Origin: Balanoglossus misakiensis
Lineage: Eukaryota > Animalia > Hemichordata
Length of the DNA: 64,000 nt
Reading direction: 5' to 3'
Assembly: GCA_040954595.2 (NCBI GenBank)
Contig: CM082588.2
Location: 3,246,513 to 3,310,512, forward strand
The position numbers and the translations under genes are program-made. This document shows positions 1 through 16,504 of the stretch, in pieces. Numbering within the stretch: the first letter of the stretch is position 1; every line of letters starts with the position of its first letter. The notes under the pieces are model-generated. The model was not told the origin of the DNA. It was given only the letters and a program-made list of their open reading frames with translations, and made no database searches.

Positions 1-662
1 CTTGGCAATGCCCCTGGATGTACATGTACAAGTGTATTGGTCCAACTTTGCCGGTAACCCTATACCGCCAGATTCTTATACAATTAGACTCAAAGTACGG
101 AACCTGTACCGCCGTGATCCAAAGTGATTTCACCGACATGCGGAGGAAACACAAGACCGCGGCGGAGAATGTATTTATTTTATTTTCTCGGAGTGGAGTT
201 GCGTATGATTGCATTACACACAGTATTTGTCTGACTTTTTTCCCAATTGTGTACGTCGTTCGTATATCTTTCAAAGCAGCCATTGAAATGGCAGGTTCAA
301 TCAGAGCGTTATATTTTCTACGACGCGAAAACCACATTTTGCAAATGTTTGGTCTAATTGTGCTTATTTTGCTAGCAAATCGGTTTTCATTGATGTGCTG
401 CGCGACGTTGAAAAGCGTTCATGATGAAAGTCGGTCGGAGCACATCTGAGCAGCGTCAGTTGAATATTCAATTTTAGATATTAGGAACATGATATAATCG
501 AAACCGCGGGCTTCTAAAGAACTGTGTCTAACATTGTGAGGCACGGCGCTCTTGTCTCTTTTCAAACAGAAATATTACTTAAATTGACTTGAAGACGCAT
601 GCGTTTAATGAAGAAAAGAGGTGTTCAATAATGCATACCATTATATAATGTCAAAATGCCAC

Positions 663-4234
<3,572 letters not shown>

Positions 4235-4480
4235 AGGGAGAAACAGAGACTGGCAGCCAATCAGGTAGACCGACACACAGAAAGGCATAGAGACAGACAG
4301 ACACCGACAGACACATAGACAGACTGAGAAGTAGGACTTCCAAATACAGAAATTGAAAACCGAAACCATCGTTGTACCATCTAGTCGATCTGCATGGAAA
4401 CAGAGCGCGTGGATGGACAAAGAAACAGACCAAGAACCCAGGGGCATACAGCGCTGCAAAAACCAACGATATTTCTCCTG

Positions 4481-4591
4481 CTCACGTGAGCATCCCTGCA
4501 TTTTCAAAGGCAAATTTTCAGAGATTAATGACGTCAGAATGACCCGTTTATTGCAATTGATGACGTCAGAATTACCCGTCTATTGCAGCTG
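4481..4591. promoter_or_regulatory. E-box palindrome plus tandem 32-bp duplication carrying two perfect CRE sites
   Basis: CTCACGTGAG at 4481-4490; TGACGTCA at 4529-4536 and 4561-4568 within near-identical units 4528-4559 and 4560-4591. Confidence 0.35.
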
Positions 4592-7500
4592 TCACATCTA
4601 AGGGAAAGGGGAGTGCATCTTTTGAGGGCAAGGTATAAATGTCCCGACAAGCCTATAGATGACGTTTTGTTAATGAAAAAGACACAATATATAACACTAT
4701 ACCCTAGTCACTAACAAATGTTCAGTGCAGAGAAATATTGGCAGTCGACGCACTGGTTAATATCAAAGTAATATATTAAAAGCTCATTAAAGGCTTAGTT
4801 CAGTTTATTGAAATTTAACAAATGGCGCAGATTGCACAGAGGGCCGCATGTGGATAGACTGTGTATATTAAACTTGAACTAATAACACGAATAACCTGTA
4901 CATGCACACATTTCATACATGTCATAATATATTCGAAAATCACAATTGTTAGGCTTCAGAATTTGTCAATGTAATGCAGATTACGAATTTCAGCACGAGA
5001 GCGACGGCGAGAGAAATAATCTGGTTTCAAATGGGGAGGTTAAGCAGCGAAGACATTGCGCATGCTTGTATAATATTCTATTTTAGGTTTCAGTATAACT
5101 GCTGGTAAAGGAATATCTCTCATTTTTCGCTGGCAAAATGAATACAGTGCGGTCGATATGACTGTAGTCAGTGGATTAATCCCCGAAAGTATACAAGCAA
5201 ACATAGATGGACAGTGTTATTACATTGAGTCTCTGTTCCCTCGAGCCCTGAATCGTTTGTGTCACTTTGTATAAAATCAGTGCCCACGTAGCGGTTTAAA
5301 ATGCGATTAAGGGAGAATCACCTGTTGAAGTCAAAACGGTTTCCTTGGAAACACAAAAACTGCAGAAAATTTAACCTTAATGATGAAACGGTTGTCACAA
5401 AAACGTGAATGCACACACATGCACTGTGCCCACAAAAGAACTCATTTCCTGGAGCAAGTGACATTTAGGGTGTACCATACATCAATGTCCATAACTCCCC
5501 GCTCATCATTTCAATTCATTATTCATAATTCCGATGTTAAAAAATATACACATTCGCAATAGAAGTAGCTCGTTGCATTGTTCGGCTTTCTAAGCGCGTC
5601 GTCTATAGTTTCATGGATTTTCTCCCGACACAGGAGAGTTAAATGTAAATGCAAGCATGTTGCAGCGTACACGCATATTGCAAACAATATCGGCCGATTG
5701 GTTATTAACAAGCAAGCCATTAAGCAAAGATGCTGGTATTACTTTCAAAGGGAAATGGCGTCGCCTACTGAGAATATTACACAACACAAGTTATCGAAAT
5801 TGTTTCCTTTTGTCATTTGATAATAAAGCATGACATGGGGTTAATGAGTGTTTTAAGTAATTGAATAAGCGAGGAACTCCATTTAATCTAATTTTGCCTT
5901 TCATTTTAAATGCTATTTGCAACAGAGACCGAAGAGTGCTGACGATTCATGACTTAAGGCCAACTGATTTCTTCTATGAGCGGTTCTTTGGCAGATTCAT
6001 GTAATTAATGTTTTGATATATTTGCCTTCGTCGTTTTATACCCGACATCAGCTATATTTCTTATTTGATCACTGTTGAGTCTTATAACATCGGCTTTTTT
6101 GTTTGATCCTGCCGCACTGCTGTTTCATTCATTCATATTGGATATTGCTTGCGTTTGTTACATTACAGGCGCGTTTATATGCAGGTACACAGGTGGTGGA
6201 ATGTGCGTTGGGATGGGCCGTTTTGCATAACAATGTGTATAGCTGGTGATATGTATGTAAGAAACGAACTCGTGTCCTCTTGTCGACACAGACACAAAGC
6301 ATTGTTACGCAACAATTAAATCTAGAAACTCCCCACACAACACATGCATATCACCAGCCATACATTTTCTGAGTATATCTCGTCACGTTTGGCGGCATCG
6401 AGATATCTTCTCAAAACTGTTCGGCCGACAGCACGTACACACTTGCAAATGGGAAGATTAGAACATAATTCTTGTGACTCGTCTCACTCGGTCTCTTGCA
6501 GAGTGAAAATGAACGATTCCGACAACAACATTGATTTCGAGTCCTGCCACGGCACGTATTGAAGATACCGCAGAATCGTCGACTGTGTTAAGGTGGCTGA
6601 ATACCCTACCTAACTGCGACTGATAAAGTTCATAATAAAATAATAAATTCTCTAATAAATCAACATTATGTGTCGAAATAAAGAAAACAAGATATTTCGG
6701 GTAAAAGTCGTGCACCACAGATCCGTTCGCACGTGATCAGGAAACCGTCAACAACTGTGTGACTCCTTGAGCGATCTCGCTTCCATGACGTCACAGCACC
6801 GCCGAGATTTACAGGCACAATTTTTAACGGTCGCCTGCCCACTTGGTGCAATTACACTCATTAAGTCACGTTCCGACCCAGACCTGCCAATCAAATGTCC
6901 TCTTAGAAGGCAGGCAATCACAGAGCGCCACCAAGCCATTTGTCAGAGTGATTGCTTTGCCCGTCTTAATAATTCCTCGGTAATTTAAAAGTACACGAGC
7001 CATCTGTACTTCCATTACAACAGAATCTCGATGGAGTAGGCGCGGGAAGAAAGCCCGCAACACTTACGATCGCACAGCGCTATACTAATTATGTCGACTC
7101 ACAATACAGCATTCCCATAACCAGGCAACCGAATCGCCTCTTTCAACTTCTACCCACAGTTACGCTTGAAATTGCAATGTTGAATTTATCCTGATTCTGC
7201 CCAAAATATCTATCCACTATGTTCGTGAATGTGCGAATATTACATGAATGGCATTGTGTTGGAAAAGGTTTTAAAAAACATACATCTCGACATACTTCGG
7301 TCGACCAGTGAATAGCACGCCACTCAACTACTAAAAACTGCTATATTGAAGTTTTCTTTAGAAAATACCCTACAGGTACTGTGTCTACTTGTTTGGTAGA
7401 CTGTTAACGTGAATCAGGGAGTGATGAAGCAACAAAACACAATGGGAACCCATATATATAACCTTTAACCTTTGCTGTATGGAGCGGAGAGTGGCGTTTG

Positions 7501-10500
7501 AGTCTGACTACAAGAATTCGATTTTCTACTTAACAAAAAATAATTGGTGCAAGAAATTTGACATAGATATTCTAGGGCCGTTTTCGCATTGGACGGGGCA
7601 TATCTTAGCTAAATACCTTAAACTAAAAATTAGTTTACTGGCAATGACTTACCGAGCGATAACTTGCTGCCGTTGAACAGTGGGCGTGGCCATCTTGGTA
7701 AAAAACGCCCTCATAAGGCAATTTCTTACCTTTTCCGTTTTAAGTAGTCAGGTGCATGGACTCGCAGAGTCCTCTGTGGAGACCAAGTTTTCCACTGCGG
7801 ATTTTTCTGGTTAACTGTTCGGTAGTCAATTGCAACACACTGTTTTCTATTCCTAACTTCGCTTTCATTCCTACCCCTGAAAGTAGAAATTACAGACTTT
7901 TCGCTGCTCGTCGCGATCGACGACTCGGAAATAACCATCACCTTGCCCATCATCTTGCCCAGTCGCCCGCGAAAACAATTTAAAGCAAGTCGCTGTCTTG
8001 ATTACAAGCGAAGTCGGATGAGTTGTTGTGAGTGACACCGTCTGGTAAAATGTCTATGAATTTAGTTCATAAATGCACGTCGACAACCATTACCGTAGTT
8101 TGCCGGGTAAGAGCCCCTGCTCGGACAAACGCCCCCCCTGGTTTTAGGGCCCATTTGTAGATCGAGGCCATATCCGGTCTAAAGCCCCCCCCCCCCCCCG
8201 GTAGATTTTGAGTGAGGTCAGAGTATGAAATTTGCGAGGAATACATAATTGTGATTTTTCTTTTGCTATGATTATGTCACATAATAGTCGATATGTGGGA
8301 ACACGTTTGACGTATATTACATATTGTGTATTCACAAAAAGCTTGACAGTAACATCTTTTTCCTAGAAAATGTCCAGTAATGAAAGCACAAATTGCGTGT
8401 TATGCAACCCTCGTGCACTTAGGCGTAATTTGAAAACTTTTTTTCCGATCTGCTACACGCGACGTCTTGATCACGTGACAGTGAACCCTATCCCCCAGGC
8501 ATACTGCCCCCGGGTATTGCATACACACCGAACCCCGCTGTTCAAATCGAATGACGCAAGGCAAACAAAATTGAGTTTAATTTTATTGATAATGTGCATG
8601 TGTGTATCAGGCAGTTTCTGAGAAAAGACTGGAGTGGCGTGTAATTGATACAGCAAATACACCGAACTGACGTCCCAGAGTAAATTTCAGCATGGGTTTT
8701 GCAGTGAGTACTCTCTTGAATTGTTTTATGAGAGCCGTGGGTTGTAAAGTCTGTGTGGCCAACGTAATTTGTTCGTTTAATTTAAGACTCCCCGCCCTGA
8801 AAACAAAGTCCCGTCATTACACGAAGTTGTAAAAAATCAACGACGTCACCAAATCCACCCCACAAGATTCTCTACACAGCGCTCGTCCATTAAAGAAATA
8901 TCCTAAGAGAGCATAGCTACTCCATAAATTCGCTATCCGTTTCAGGAATTATTTTTCAAGTCCAGTTGAGTAACACCAGGCTGTTGTTATAAATTATTTC
9001 TGGTAAAACGCCATATATCATTATAGTGCGTAAATAAAGGAGGTCGCTCAGGCAGCTGTTTTTTTCTGGCACTGAAAACTCGCTACTTTTAGAAAAAGAA
9101 GAAACTCTGGTTATCGCAAGATTAATATTCCCCACACGAAAATGTCTGGAGAGAGTAAACGTCTGCATTCTTAAACGAATTCGTGGACTGAGAAGTTTTG
9201 AAAGGTATGTCCTTGACTGCTCAAAGTAGGCCAGGTATTGCTGCGATGATCGTGAGCGGTGAAATTGTATTTTGTATGATTGTTTTATTTTACAAGAGGT
9301 TGCCTGCACTACGAAAAATTGCATTCGGCGACCTGACGATATGAACCGGTCAAGCACCAGCAGATAGTGAGGACGAGTTGTCGCCAGTCAGTCGCCTTGC
9401 AGATAAATATAGGACGCCGGTAATATGAACTCACCGATGAAATATTATTCGCATATTGTACTTTGATACATGAAAAGCTTTTCTGAAGTATACATAATGT
9501 CGATTCACGTTGAGGTATTTTTGATTGAATTAGATCTACACCGCTATTCTTTCACCACACAACTGGTAGACTGATGTGTTATTCTTCGTGTTCATTTGAA
9601 AAGCCAGTAAATGACTGTGAATTCAATGTATACGTTGCTAAAGTACAGTTACCCTATATTTGTAATACATATGACTGTAACGAAATAACGTATAACCCAT
9701 GTTTAATTGTGTTGTCACAGACGCCGCGACAATATAGTATAATCCCTTATAGAAGTCGGATGATAAGGGACCGTCTCACATTGATGCAGAAGTTCAAGCA
9801 GCTAAATTAAAATTCACCTCTAACGTGATCCCCTAAGTTGCTGTAAACTTTTTCCTGTAAATGATTGCATTGTAATTCCAACATGGCCCTGCAATGCAAT
9901 TCCTTTCTTGCAAAAAAACGGAACAAAACGTGACCACCATGGACATGTTAACGCCATTGACATTGGATAAACGTTCCCTGGGCTGGTTTGAGGAAGAGAC
10001 ATTTCACCGCCAGATTAAACAGGCGGGAAATTGTTTCCAGTTGATAAAATATATAACAGTGCCGTGTGAACGCAAGTTTACATGTCAATACGCTGCGGGG
10101 CATGCCCGAAATAAATCAAAATCAAGTTTAATGCTTTTCGTCGAGGCGTTCTTTCCTCAACATTTCGAAGACTATTTGAAGACATAAAGCTAAAGTATAA
10201 ATGCTAAAATAATACATGAAATATAAGGCGTGAAAGCCCGTAGTCTATGTAACGGATAAAATTAAATACTAAAATCATTAACTAGAGATACCAAGAAAAA
10301 TCAAAACGAACCTCACAAGCTAATTGGATTTTGGTATAGAGGCTTTACGCCGTCATTCATCACAAACGGTAAAACCAAAGATTTGCATTACATTCAGCTT
10401 GTTACTGAGAAAGTACCCAGCATGCACCTTTCTGAGGTAAATGCTGAAATTGAATCCAATGAAAATTTCGGCTCGCCTTTGTATTTCCGAAAGGACATTC

Positions 10501-13500
10501 CCCGCATGCATTTTATATGAAGGGCCATATTACACGGCACGGATCGATTCTGTCGGTAATGCATTTTTTCGTGCAATGAGAAGCGGTCTGCCCGGGTGGC
10601 GAGAAGAGGAATCTGCATTCCTTTTTTTTCAGACTGCAACTGTTTGTCTGACCGGCCTGGAGTACCTGTAGATTCGCTTTCGGTGTCTTTGATTTCTCTA
10701 ACATTAAATATAACCCGAGTCTGATTGCTTGTGAGTCTCCTACCTTGTAAAGGTTGAAGGCAGCATTCGACATATTTCATGTGAATTACAGGAGCTAGAT
10801 ATATAGTAATTCTCTAGATCTTACTTATTTGACTATTTTGAAACTCCTCGCCATTCAAAATTTTACAGAATTCATATTTCACTATTCTGTAATACACAAA
10901 CACATATATTGTGTGTCCGCGCGTATTACTATGATGTTTTCATTATCAAATATCGTATAAGTACTTTCTCAGTTACAAAACTGGCATTATCTGTCAGTGA
11001 TAACAGTACAATAAATAACGTAAGCATGCTTAGTGCAAGAAATGATTAAAATAACAGCAGGCACATTGCAAACACATATCATTTCCTATCATCTATCATC
11101 TTTAATTCCATCTTCGCGAAACGGAGAGCGGGGAAAAAATCACAGATTTCTATGGTTACGCATGCCCGCTTACTTTGGCATTTAATCGGCGTGGTATTAG
11201 TGTCGTCTGCCGTAGGGCTAAGTAAGGTGTCTGAATTCAATATGCAAACGTCTTTACTCGTTTCGATTTCTTTAATGTTTGCTTGTTATTCTGTAACATG
11301 TTTGGCTTGTTTTTATTCGCGTGTCTTCTGCTGCGCCGTCAGCAAACGCCCTGGAGGGTCGTCGTGCACAGGCGGCTGAATGCTCGCCTTTGGAAGGGTG
11401 GCCCTGTTTGTAAACGCTTGCAAAATCTCCTCCATCCAAACATCCATCCATCCATGAACCCCCCCCCCCCATCCATCCACCCATGTAAGCATGTGTGTGC
11501 TTGCACGCAGAGAGATAGGAGAGGTACAGAGGCAAAGAGACATAGATTGATGAACTTGCCTGACCTGTCATTAACTAAATCAAAGCTCTCTTTACAGACA
11601 CGTTCAAGTTCAACAATGCTATTAAGACGTCACGGTGGCCCATGCTGAGGTCATTAAGGTCATTTCCAAGTGAATTGCACTCAAAGGTAATCGGCTGCCT
11701 AAGGCCATGAAATTTGCCGTTGAAGAAAATATCGTCACTGCCCTGGCGCCTGGATTAATTGATCAGAGAATAAGACTCTGTCGACCCGAGACTCTCAGCT
11801 TTCAGCTAAATTCGTAATAGTCGAGAGCCAATCGATGGCTATCCACGTGGCGTACCTGGCGTCAATCAATACTTAAAGCCATTTATACTAAACGCAAATG
11901 ACATATTGATTTTGTTTTTCTGTATTCGCCCGCAAACTGGGTCTAATTATAGACAGAGTCGTTACCTGAACCGATTCCACGAAAACCAAAGGTAAACTGC
12001 ATAAACATGATTAAAGGCATATTTGTCCATGCCTAGTTTAACTTCGGTATGAACTACAGCCGCCATTGTGCCTATGAGAAACGCTTATTGAAATGTGGAT
12101 ATAGTCTGTCATGAAACAATCGAAATATACGTTTTTGCAATTTCATAAAAAACTTAAACCATAGCCTCGTTCTGTTTTTGTTTTTATTACAATTTCGACG
12201 CTCGATTTTTTCCGCGATCTTCTTAAACACCGCCGTTCGCATATCTGGATCGTTTCGTGTCGCCCTAATGGATTTCTATCGAACTCTCAATGTCACAAGG
12301 ATGTTTTTTCAAACTCGCAAATAGCATTACCGGTGCTTAAGTTCGAGCGCCGAACGACAAATCGTTTTACTCTGCATTAGCAAGCTGGAGACGAGTGTGA
12401 CTTCGAACGTCGTGATTTCGTTACGAGTCTCCGTACATTGTATCTAGAGTTCAAGGTGACCAAGTTTGTCTTTCATGTGGATGGCGTGGACAAGACAATG
12501 CCTCGCACGCCCTCCCACTGAAACGTGCAATGGTCATCCCTTAAGAAACATTCCCTATCGAATGAAACATTTCTTGCATCCAGAGATGAAGAAATGTCCT
12601 CCTGAAGGCTGGCCACGAAACCCTTTCGGATACATTAGAAGTAAGCCTTAGGCCGGCCTGCGATGATGAAATCGCTTCATTTGGGGGCTTTAAACTATCA
12701 TGCCCCTAGCTGCAGTCATTAGTCTGTGGACGACCGTATGCGAAAGGGAATACATCCATCCTTGGATCGTTTTAAAACAGTGAGTAATGATCGTGATTAG
12801 TGTGCTCAATTACACAATGGTGATAGGCGGACCAGCCATCTGTGAACGCATCATTAGTTGCGTCATCTGCGTCGCAGTACACCCAGAATCGCGCACTGAT
12901 CACCGATCATGTTTTAGCCATTCATCTCCGCGCTAAGTGTTTTTGTCACCTTCGGACACCAGATTTATCCTGTTAACGATGACAAATTATTTGACTAGCT
13001 GTGATAATTTTGAATCGTCGCTTCTGTGCGGCAGGAATGTGCAAATTTTCGTTAATACCGCCGCGCGGTTAAAAAAAAACGGCCCTCGGCTTTCAGAATT
13101 CCATTTTGAATGGAGGTGGTTATACACAGAAAATCCATTTGTTGCAGACAGACGAGTGCAATCGTTTTTTTTTTCGTACTCTCGCCGTGAATGGAGTAGC
13201 AATTCCCCCGATCAACAACGAAGCATAGAATTCATTTCCTTTTAATCAGCACATCCCCCATAGGACGTTAGTTAAACATGCCATTACGTGCATGACGCTC
13301 TCGCGACGAATGGGACTCGAAAACGTGGCGGACAATACACGCGGAATGGTGCCAATCGGTCAGGTGCCGTTAATCGTCAGCCGAATTTCGCCGGGCTGAA
13401 TTCCCCGTCCCCTAGCCAGATTTTGAGGTGTAGTTTAAGCCCAGAAGGCTTTTCGGCTGACACACCATCAGGTATAATTTAGTATCAGAAGCGGCAGATA

Positions 13501-14156
13501 GAGAAGAATATAAATCGCCCCCACAGTGCACCGCGCGTGGTAATTACTTTCATAAAATTTCTGCAATACGCTCATTGAACGTAAGCATATATTCTAGAAT
13601 CATGTTCCCTAACGCCCTGGTTTCTGGATTTCTCTAAAGGCGTAGGCGGAGATGATAAGGAGATGATAAACGAAAGGAATTGAAATTTGGAAGTGCGAAA
13701 ATGCGATGAAGTATTAACACTTTTACATGAGACTGTAAAGGCAAAGTCGAGTACTTCTTGTGGCGAATACTACGGCTAACCGACAGAATATTCTGGCTTG
13801 AGACGAGCGAAAACTAGTTGCAACAAACTGGTGTGAAACTACGCATATAATCGAAATACATTTCCCCCTTCTATCTCCGAGAGCCGCTGGACGCCCTCAC
13901 AGTCCATGCAGACACGATTGTTCCTTAAAAATCAAAACTACGAGCGGCGATGGCGTATTTCCTCATGTCTTGAAGACGCTGTATAGTTGACTTAACGCGA
14001 CGTGGTGGGAACCCATAAAACAGAATATTCCTGTTGTTCTCTCGATATAGCCATTTGTCTCATCTGCCTGCCTGTATAACCAGTGACCACATTCTGAAAC
14101 TTTGCATTATTGGGTTCAGACAGTAGCCAATTCCAAGAGTTCAATTTATACTTAAA

Positions 14157-14162
14157 TTTATT
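14157..14162 (-). terminator. Candidate distal poly(A) signal of the M1 peptidase gene
   Basis: AATAAA on the minus strand at the end of an AT-rich UTR-like stretch ~2.3 kb downstream of the stop; other candidate signals exist. Confidence 0.3.
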
Positions 14163-16504
14163 ATAATAGATACAAGCACACAGTCATATAGATACACCCA
14201 AGTATTGTATACCAGCAATTTGACAGTAGTAGTGAGCCGTGTTTCATTCATATTTAAACATGCCAGCATTCTGGCTGGTAACATTTTATATAAACCATCG
14301 ACAAACTGTTTCCAGATTGCAAAGAGCGACTTCAGCCATGTTTAACAATAAATAGTCATAAAGTGCTAGCACTATCTTTATATAGAATGACGTGAAAACA
14401 CCCATTAGAATGTAAATTTTAAAGATAAAAAACTGTAAGTAGTTATAGACGAGAAATTTGACGGCCATCTTCTGATGTATTCATAATATCTCACAAACAG
14501 AATTCACCATAGTAACATCAGCACAGTTTACACGCTTACAGGAAACCGAAGACTCAAATACTAACATTTCACAACACGAGTTTACACTTTATGGTGGATA
14601 TTTGTATTCTAAACTAAAAGTAGAAATATCATTATATTTCTATGATACTTACAATATTTATTATACAGATGAGTTTAATACATGAATGTACAACAATCTA
14701 ATTCAATTGTCTATTTTCAATTATTAATTTAATCGTCATTCAATATACTGTACACAAAAGATCTATAATTTAACATTGATGACCTGCCATCGATTTAGAA
14801 AGAAACGCCATCTTGGGTAATAGTTAAGTGATCGAAGCCGAACTTTACGAACAATAGACGTCTCGGTTGAAATACATTGTCGCGTGACATGAAGTTATCG
14901 GGATTCGGTTAAAATTGTAGGACCTTATACATTCATACTTCAAAAATTAAAAATGGTCAACTGTTATCGCACATCTAAACGTAATATTGATATCATGAAA
15001 TGTAACCTAATACGCAATTTGCAAGTTTAGTAGCCGGTTTGGACAATGCACTGGCGATGCGCAAGGGACCAAGGGAACCAGTGAACGGAAGTGACGTAAT
15101 CAAGTAGCAACTGTCCTGTCCAAAGATTGATCGCACATTCTGCGAAACAGCTACTAGTATTATGAGCACTACAGACACAGACACGCGAACACACCAACAA
15201 TACATTAGCCGCCACACTGGACAAGATCAAAATGAATGTAGTGTATGTATCCATATGTTGACAAATATGAAAATCATAAACCAAACAAGATCACATCACA
15301 TCAAGTGAATACCCATTTTTCTCTTGAGAATGGAGGTCATTTTCCTGACACCTGACCCGTCCAACACATCATCACAATTTGAATATTACCCAAGAATCGT
15401 GGGCAGACAATTTTGTTATCACGGGGAATATTGTCAACACGGCGAATTAACACAATATGCAAATGTTATATTATACCATTAACCCTCCATACGTTTAGCG
15501 ATGTCTCCTCATTAACATTTATTTAAGATAGACAGAGAATATCAACATTTAAACAGCATTGGATCTGATTCTGGCTATTCCTTTTGAAAATCGATACAGA
15601 GGGACAGTTAATATGGGTATAATTTCTATTTGAAAAGTATAAAAATAAACCAACACCAGTCCAGCATAACATCAGTACATCCTATCGCTATCAATATTTA
15701 TCATATAATTAATGTTCTGTATAAAGCTAAATTCTAGTACCTATAGAAGTACCACCTGCATAATGACGAACGGTATTAAATTTTTCTAATACTTTGCTCA
15801 ATGGAACTTTAAATCATTTACATTTGTAGAATAAACCGAACACGACTATTGTTTGATATTCATGGTGTTTTTGCTATGCGCCGATTTGTATGGTTTAAAG
15901 AAGATGGTTTACTAGATTTCTATCTCAGCGTTAGATTACTGTGCCTGTGGGACAACAGTGGTAACCGTTCAACAAATAAATAGAGAGTATTGTTAAGAGC
16001 AGTTGGAGTTCAGACCACCTTATAATATCGCAATATCCATTAAACTACCCGTGGAGTGTAATTGATAAATATAAACTATTTTGCTCTTTGTTAATTGGTG
16101 TGCATGAAAAGAACAACTAACGAGGCCTGTACAGGGTTTCCAGAATATGCTCTGATCGTATTGTTAGGAACAGGTTAGATGGAAACGACACTGCGTTCGG
16201 ATTTTTAAAATCCTTACTTTCATCATTCTGCAAAATCGACAACCACATTTGCTGATACGACCGCGGATGCTTATATCATAATGGATGATACACGCTTCAT
16301 CCACAAAGCTATAGATGTGTTTCACGTTACCTATTGAATATAATTTCTATGGAAAAATTTAGATCCTAATAAAATTTAATTTCTATGGACACATTTATAT
16401 CGCAATAAAACCACCAATAGATATAACATGTGCCTTTAAAAGCAATATGATGTTTGAGTGGGAAACATTTAAATTAAAAGCGGTAATCCACGATTATGCT
16501 GTTG

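Noticed and set aside
11152-11379. ORF with signal-peptide-like start MVTHARLLWHLIGVVLVSSAVG
   Set aside because: No recognisable domain, downstream exons or neuropeptide cleavage pattern.
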